From: Eledone cirrhosa | Taxonomy: Eukaryota | Length of the DNA: 64,000 bases | NCBI GenBank assembly: GCA_964016885.1 | Contig: OZ024758.1 | Span: 4,030,001-4,094,000 of the forward strand | Direction: 5' to 3' | In this document: positions 59,842 through 64,000 of the stretch, one piece after another | Layout: each line of letters begins with the position of its first letter | How positions within the stretch are numbered: the first letter of the stretch is position 1 | Translations under genes and position numbers: made by a program | The notes under the pieces: model-generated | The model's database searches: none | The model's input: the letters and a program-made list of their open reading frames with translations, nothing else | What the model was told of the DNA's origin: nothing

Positions 59842-60243
59842 TCAAGAAATGATAATGATTTTCAATAAATGATAATGAAGCTTCACCAAGAAACGCATAA
59901 ATATGGAGGCCAACTGTATGGAGATATACTGCGATATAATACAGCTCTAAATCTAAAAATGTCACAAACGACAATGACATCAACAGTAGCAATGAGCAAA
60001 AATAACTCCTTAATAGCGGTAACTAAGATAATTAGAGACAGACTATTTTAAAATCAGTTTAAATCGGTTAGACATAAGTATTTTATTTTTCTATGAATAT
60101 GATCAGTTATATATTAAGTATTTTCTGGATCAATAATATTTTGTTAGCACTAATCCCCGCATATCTTGCATTTGTAAGTTGAATTATATAACATTAGACC
60201 TCTTCTATATACAGATCTTATATGTTTCTCCCGATATATAAAG

Positions 60244-60873
60244 ATTTCTTGTATAGGCACAAAGCCAGCAATTTCGGGGTAGGGAAATCGACCCCAGCAC
60301 ATTACTGGTGCTTTATGCTATCGACCCCGAAAGGATGAAAGGCAAATTTAACTTCGGTGGGATTTGAACTCATATCATAAAAGGCCGTAACTCTATGCTG
60401 CAAAGTATAGCGTCCGACCCTCTACCGATACTGCCAATCTACCGCTCTACTACTACTACTAATAATATTTGTTTCTACTTTAGGCACAAGGCCAGCAATT
60501 ACCCAGTGCATTACTGGCACTTTATTTTATCGACCCCGTAAAGATGAATGGCAAAGTCAACTTCGGCGAGATTTGAACTCAGATCGTAAAGGGACGTAAC
60601 TCTATGCTTCAAAGCATGGCGTCCGACCCTCTACCGATACTTCCAATCCACCCTTACTAATAATAATAATGTTTTCGTATATAGCCACAACGCCAGCAAT
60701 TTGGGAGAGGAGAAAGTCGATTAAATCGACACCAATACGTTACTGGTGCAGTATTTTATCGACCCCGAAAGGCAAAGTTAACCTCGGCGGGACTTTAACT
60801 CAGGTCTTAAAGGGACGTAACTCTATACTGCAAAGCATAGTGTCCGACTCTACCGATACTAGCAATCCTCTGC
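60244..60873 (-). mobile_element. Three tandem SINEs separated by (TAC)/(TAA) tails
   Basis: Units ~60244-60446, 60469-60653, 60670-60873. Confidence 0.85.
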
Positions 60874-61194
60874 TAATGATGATCTCTTTGTGTCACAGAA
60901 AATAACGGAAGTTAGTGCCAACAAAAGAAGACAGTAGATTTTGACATGTTAAATAATCACTGTTAGATTCTATTTTCATTGGATGGAATCGACTAAAATG
61001 TATGTATGTATGTATGTATGTATGTATGTATGTATGTATGTATGTATGTATGTATGCATGTATGTATGTATGTATATATGTATGTATGTATGCATGTATG
61101 TATGTGTGCGTGTGTGTAGTAAGAGAATAGACACTTATGGAAACGGAGATTACCACACGTGCTGGTTTCGCGATTGAATAAACAGCTTGATTGA

Positions 61195-61256
<62 letters not shown>

Positions 61257-61356
61257 GTGTGTGTATGTGTGTGTGACTGTGTGTGTACACATACATGTCT
61301 GTGAGCATGCGCGTTTATATATATATATATATGTCTGAGGTGTGCGTGTTTATATG

Positions 61357-61392
<36 letters not shown>

Positions 61393-61879
61393 TGTGCATG
61401 TGCGTGTTCATATGAACATATATATATATATATATATATGTCTCAGTGTGTGTATATATATATATATATATATTTGTATATCCATACATTCGAGTAGCGG
61501 GCTGATAGAAAGTTAGAGAGATTCTGACAGTGAGTTGGATGAGTGAATAGATAGATAGAAATATATTTGAATGGAAGCATGTCCGAATGATTCGAATAGA
61601 AGCAGGATTGGTGGGTCTTCCATAGATAGTGGTTAGGTGAGCTTGTGTTCAAGTGATATACTGAAATAGACATGAGAAATCGATTGATCGAAATGATAGA
61701 TAAACATACACACGCACCTATGTGTAATGTATGGATGCAAGCATTTATACATGCATGCATTCATATATGTGTGTATGCACACATACACCTATATATAGAT
61801 ATATATATACGTATATATATGTATACCTATATATATATATACGTATATATACATATGTAGATGCATATATATATATATG

Positions 61880-61911
<32 letters not shown>

Positions 61912-61929
61912 TATATGCATACATATATA

Positions 61930-62330
61930 TATATATGAATATGTATATATGAATACATATATATAAATATGAATACATATATATATATATGAATACATAT
62001 ATATATATATGAATACATATATATATATATATGAATACATATATATATATATATGAATACATATATATATATATATGAATACATATATATATATATGAAT
62101 ACATATATATATATATGAATACATATATATATGAATACATATATATATATATATATATATATGAATATATATATATATATATATATGAATATATATATAT
62201 ATATGAATACATATATATAAATATGAATACATATATATATATATGAATACATATATATATGAATACATATATATATATATATATATGAATATATGTATAT
62301 ATATATGAATACATATATATATATATATAT
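61930..62330. repeat. Minisatellite of (TA)n-TGAATAC units
   Basis: atatgaatacatatat repeated with variable TA number. Confidence 0.85.
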
Positions 62331-62334
62331 GCAT

Positions 62335-62387
<53 letters not shown>

Positions 62388-62419
62388 TACATATATATAT
62401 ATGCATACATATATATATA

Positions 62420-62764
62420 CAATGATATTAAATAAATGGAAACTATATTTATAAAACCATATTTATTCTATTATATATATTTCAAGGGTATCAAAAATGT
62501 TGGTACGCTATCATCAGATATAATACAAAATGTTTTATAAATATTTGACATGACCAAGGATAATATACCTTAACGTTTCAAGTTATCCCTGGAAAGAATT
62601 TTTGGTACCCTTGAAATATATATAATAGAATAAATATGGTTTTATAAATATAGTTTCCATTTATTTAATATCATTGAATACTTACTCCAGAAATCTTTCG
62701 AATGCTCTGAATCAGTTATAAACATCTATATTTGTTGGATTTCCAACAAATTAAATATTACTTC

Positions 62765-62768
<4 letters not shown>
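62420..62768. mobile_element. Non-autonomous fold-back element with minus-strand HHR
   Basis: ~75-bp inverted arms (62420-62497 / ~62598-62676), ~100-bp spacer and ~90-bp tail; (TA)n flanks. Confidence 0.75.
62464..62525 (-). ncRNA. Type I hammerhead ribozyme (slightly decayed helix II)
   Basis: tattatat-CUGAUGA(62517-11)-t agcgtaccaa..ttgataccct t-GAA-AUAUAUAU-A(62472)-atagaata. Confidence 0.65.
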
Positions 62769-62832
<64 letters not shown>

Positions 62833-63039
62833 ATTATCGTTATTATTAATATCTGCTCCACATATGATTTCTACCATACTGCTTTGAAGCTTATGCTACA
62901 TTCTCAATATACATTGTATAACAAGGTATATTGTGTGTCACACTTACACATTGTATAATGAAATATTCGAAAGGTTTACCTCTATATTTTGAATAGATAC
63001 ATTTTTAATATTTGGCATCATATGTTTATGTCGTTGATT

Positions 63040-63385
63040 ATGTTCGGGTTGTCGGCGACTCAACCGGCAACCCCACCAAGTTAACTTTAGACAAAAAGCA
63101 AAACCTTACAAAGGGCGGAAGAACTCATAAAATTCAGCGGCCATCTAAAAAAATAAATAATAATAAAATAAAATAAAACAAAAACTCCTGCCAAATCAAT
63201 GGGTGGCAGTAGTTCCAGCTGCATCGAAAGACTGGTGTAGTGGTTCTGAGAACAATTCGGCTTTGAAGATGATCAATGCAAGTTGACAATGGGAAGGGGC
63301 TCCCGCTCGAGTTAGAAGAGAACTATTGACCTTCAGGAGAAGCAGCGACCCCTGATTGTATTCAGCAACCGAAATAAAAAAAATG
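63040..63385 (+). mobile_element. Unclassified SINE/RTE-like interspersed repeat
   Basis: GC-richer island, hairpin ggttgtcgg/ccggcaacc, A-rich end. Confidence 0.35.
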
Positions 63386-64000
63386 ATTATGTTTTTCTAT
63401 TTAATATTTAGTAACTTAGTAAGTAAGTTGAAATTATCAGTTATAGATAAATGTTTATAAGCTACGACAATGTGGATTACAGAGTGTACCTGCTGTGTTG
63501 GTCTCAGGTGTTTATTTATTCGTGGTAATGGGGAAATAATATACATATACTACAACTCTCTTTACAATCCAATTATAATTCTTCACATATTAACCATCAA
63601 GTGATGGTATAAATTGATATTTTAATATAGCAAAATATATATCGAAGATATCTTTAAAGGAGACACGAATATATATATTATATACAAACAGGCGCACACA
63701 CACTCACGCAGAGTTCCATTTAAAATATGTTATATTATATCTTAGTAGTATGACGCTTCCTCTTAGTTTATTTCGTCGCTTCCACTCAGCGTTTTACACC
63801 CATTTCCTTCAAGTAATTTATATCTTTGGGCCAGCTTTAATGGAATAATTTGACAACTATTTACATTTGTGTCATAGTCAACATTTCTCTAATTAAATGC
63901 TTGCTTTAGGAAACAAAACATTAGCAGGAGGACATGAAACTTTGATTTATCAGTTCAAGAAGTTGACAGCCAGGCTAGTTGACCTTTACACCTTTACAGC

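Overview
AT-rich animal genomic DNA. The SINE types and very long (TA)n tracts suggest a cephalopod (Octopus-like), which is an inference. There is one host gene, a Toll-like receptor of the multiple-cysteine-cluster type with an uninterrupted coding region (+, about 21.6/22.3-25.8 kb). Nearly all other ORFs in the track are microsatellite artefacts. The main signal is a set of hammerhead-ribozyme (HHR) retroelements inserted in (TA)n tracts. (1) A 5'-truncated, inverted Penelope-like element (Naiad-type RT plus GIY-YIG, 33938-38260) has ~1.47-kb pseudo-LTRs carrying an HHR with an unusually large, branched helix II. (2) A non-coding 311-bp tandem-plus-inverted array (45511-46608) holds four intact type I HHRs and is a candidate retrozyme or circRNA source. 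(3) At least two more short non-autonomous HHR families occur (2.8, 16.3, 17.6 kb; 19.9, 62.4 kb), and several copies share the same '(TA)n-short arm-axis-arm+tail' fold-back layout. Also present: tRNA-derived SINEs (nine co-oriented copies of one family), RTE-like internally deleted elements, two MITEs, a 200-N gap and about 25 kb of degenerate (TA)n with kb-scale internal duplication. All ribozyme calls come from manual folding and need cleavage assays.
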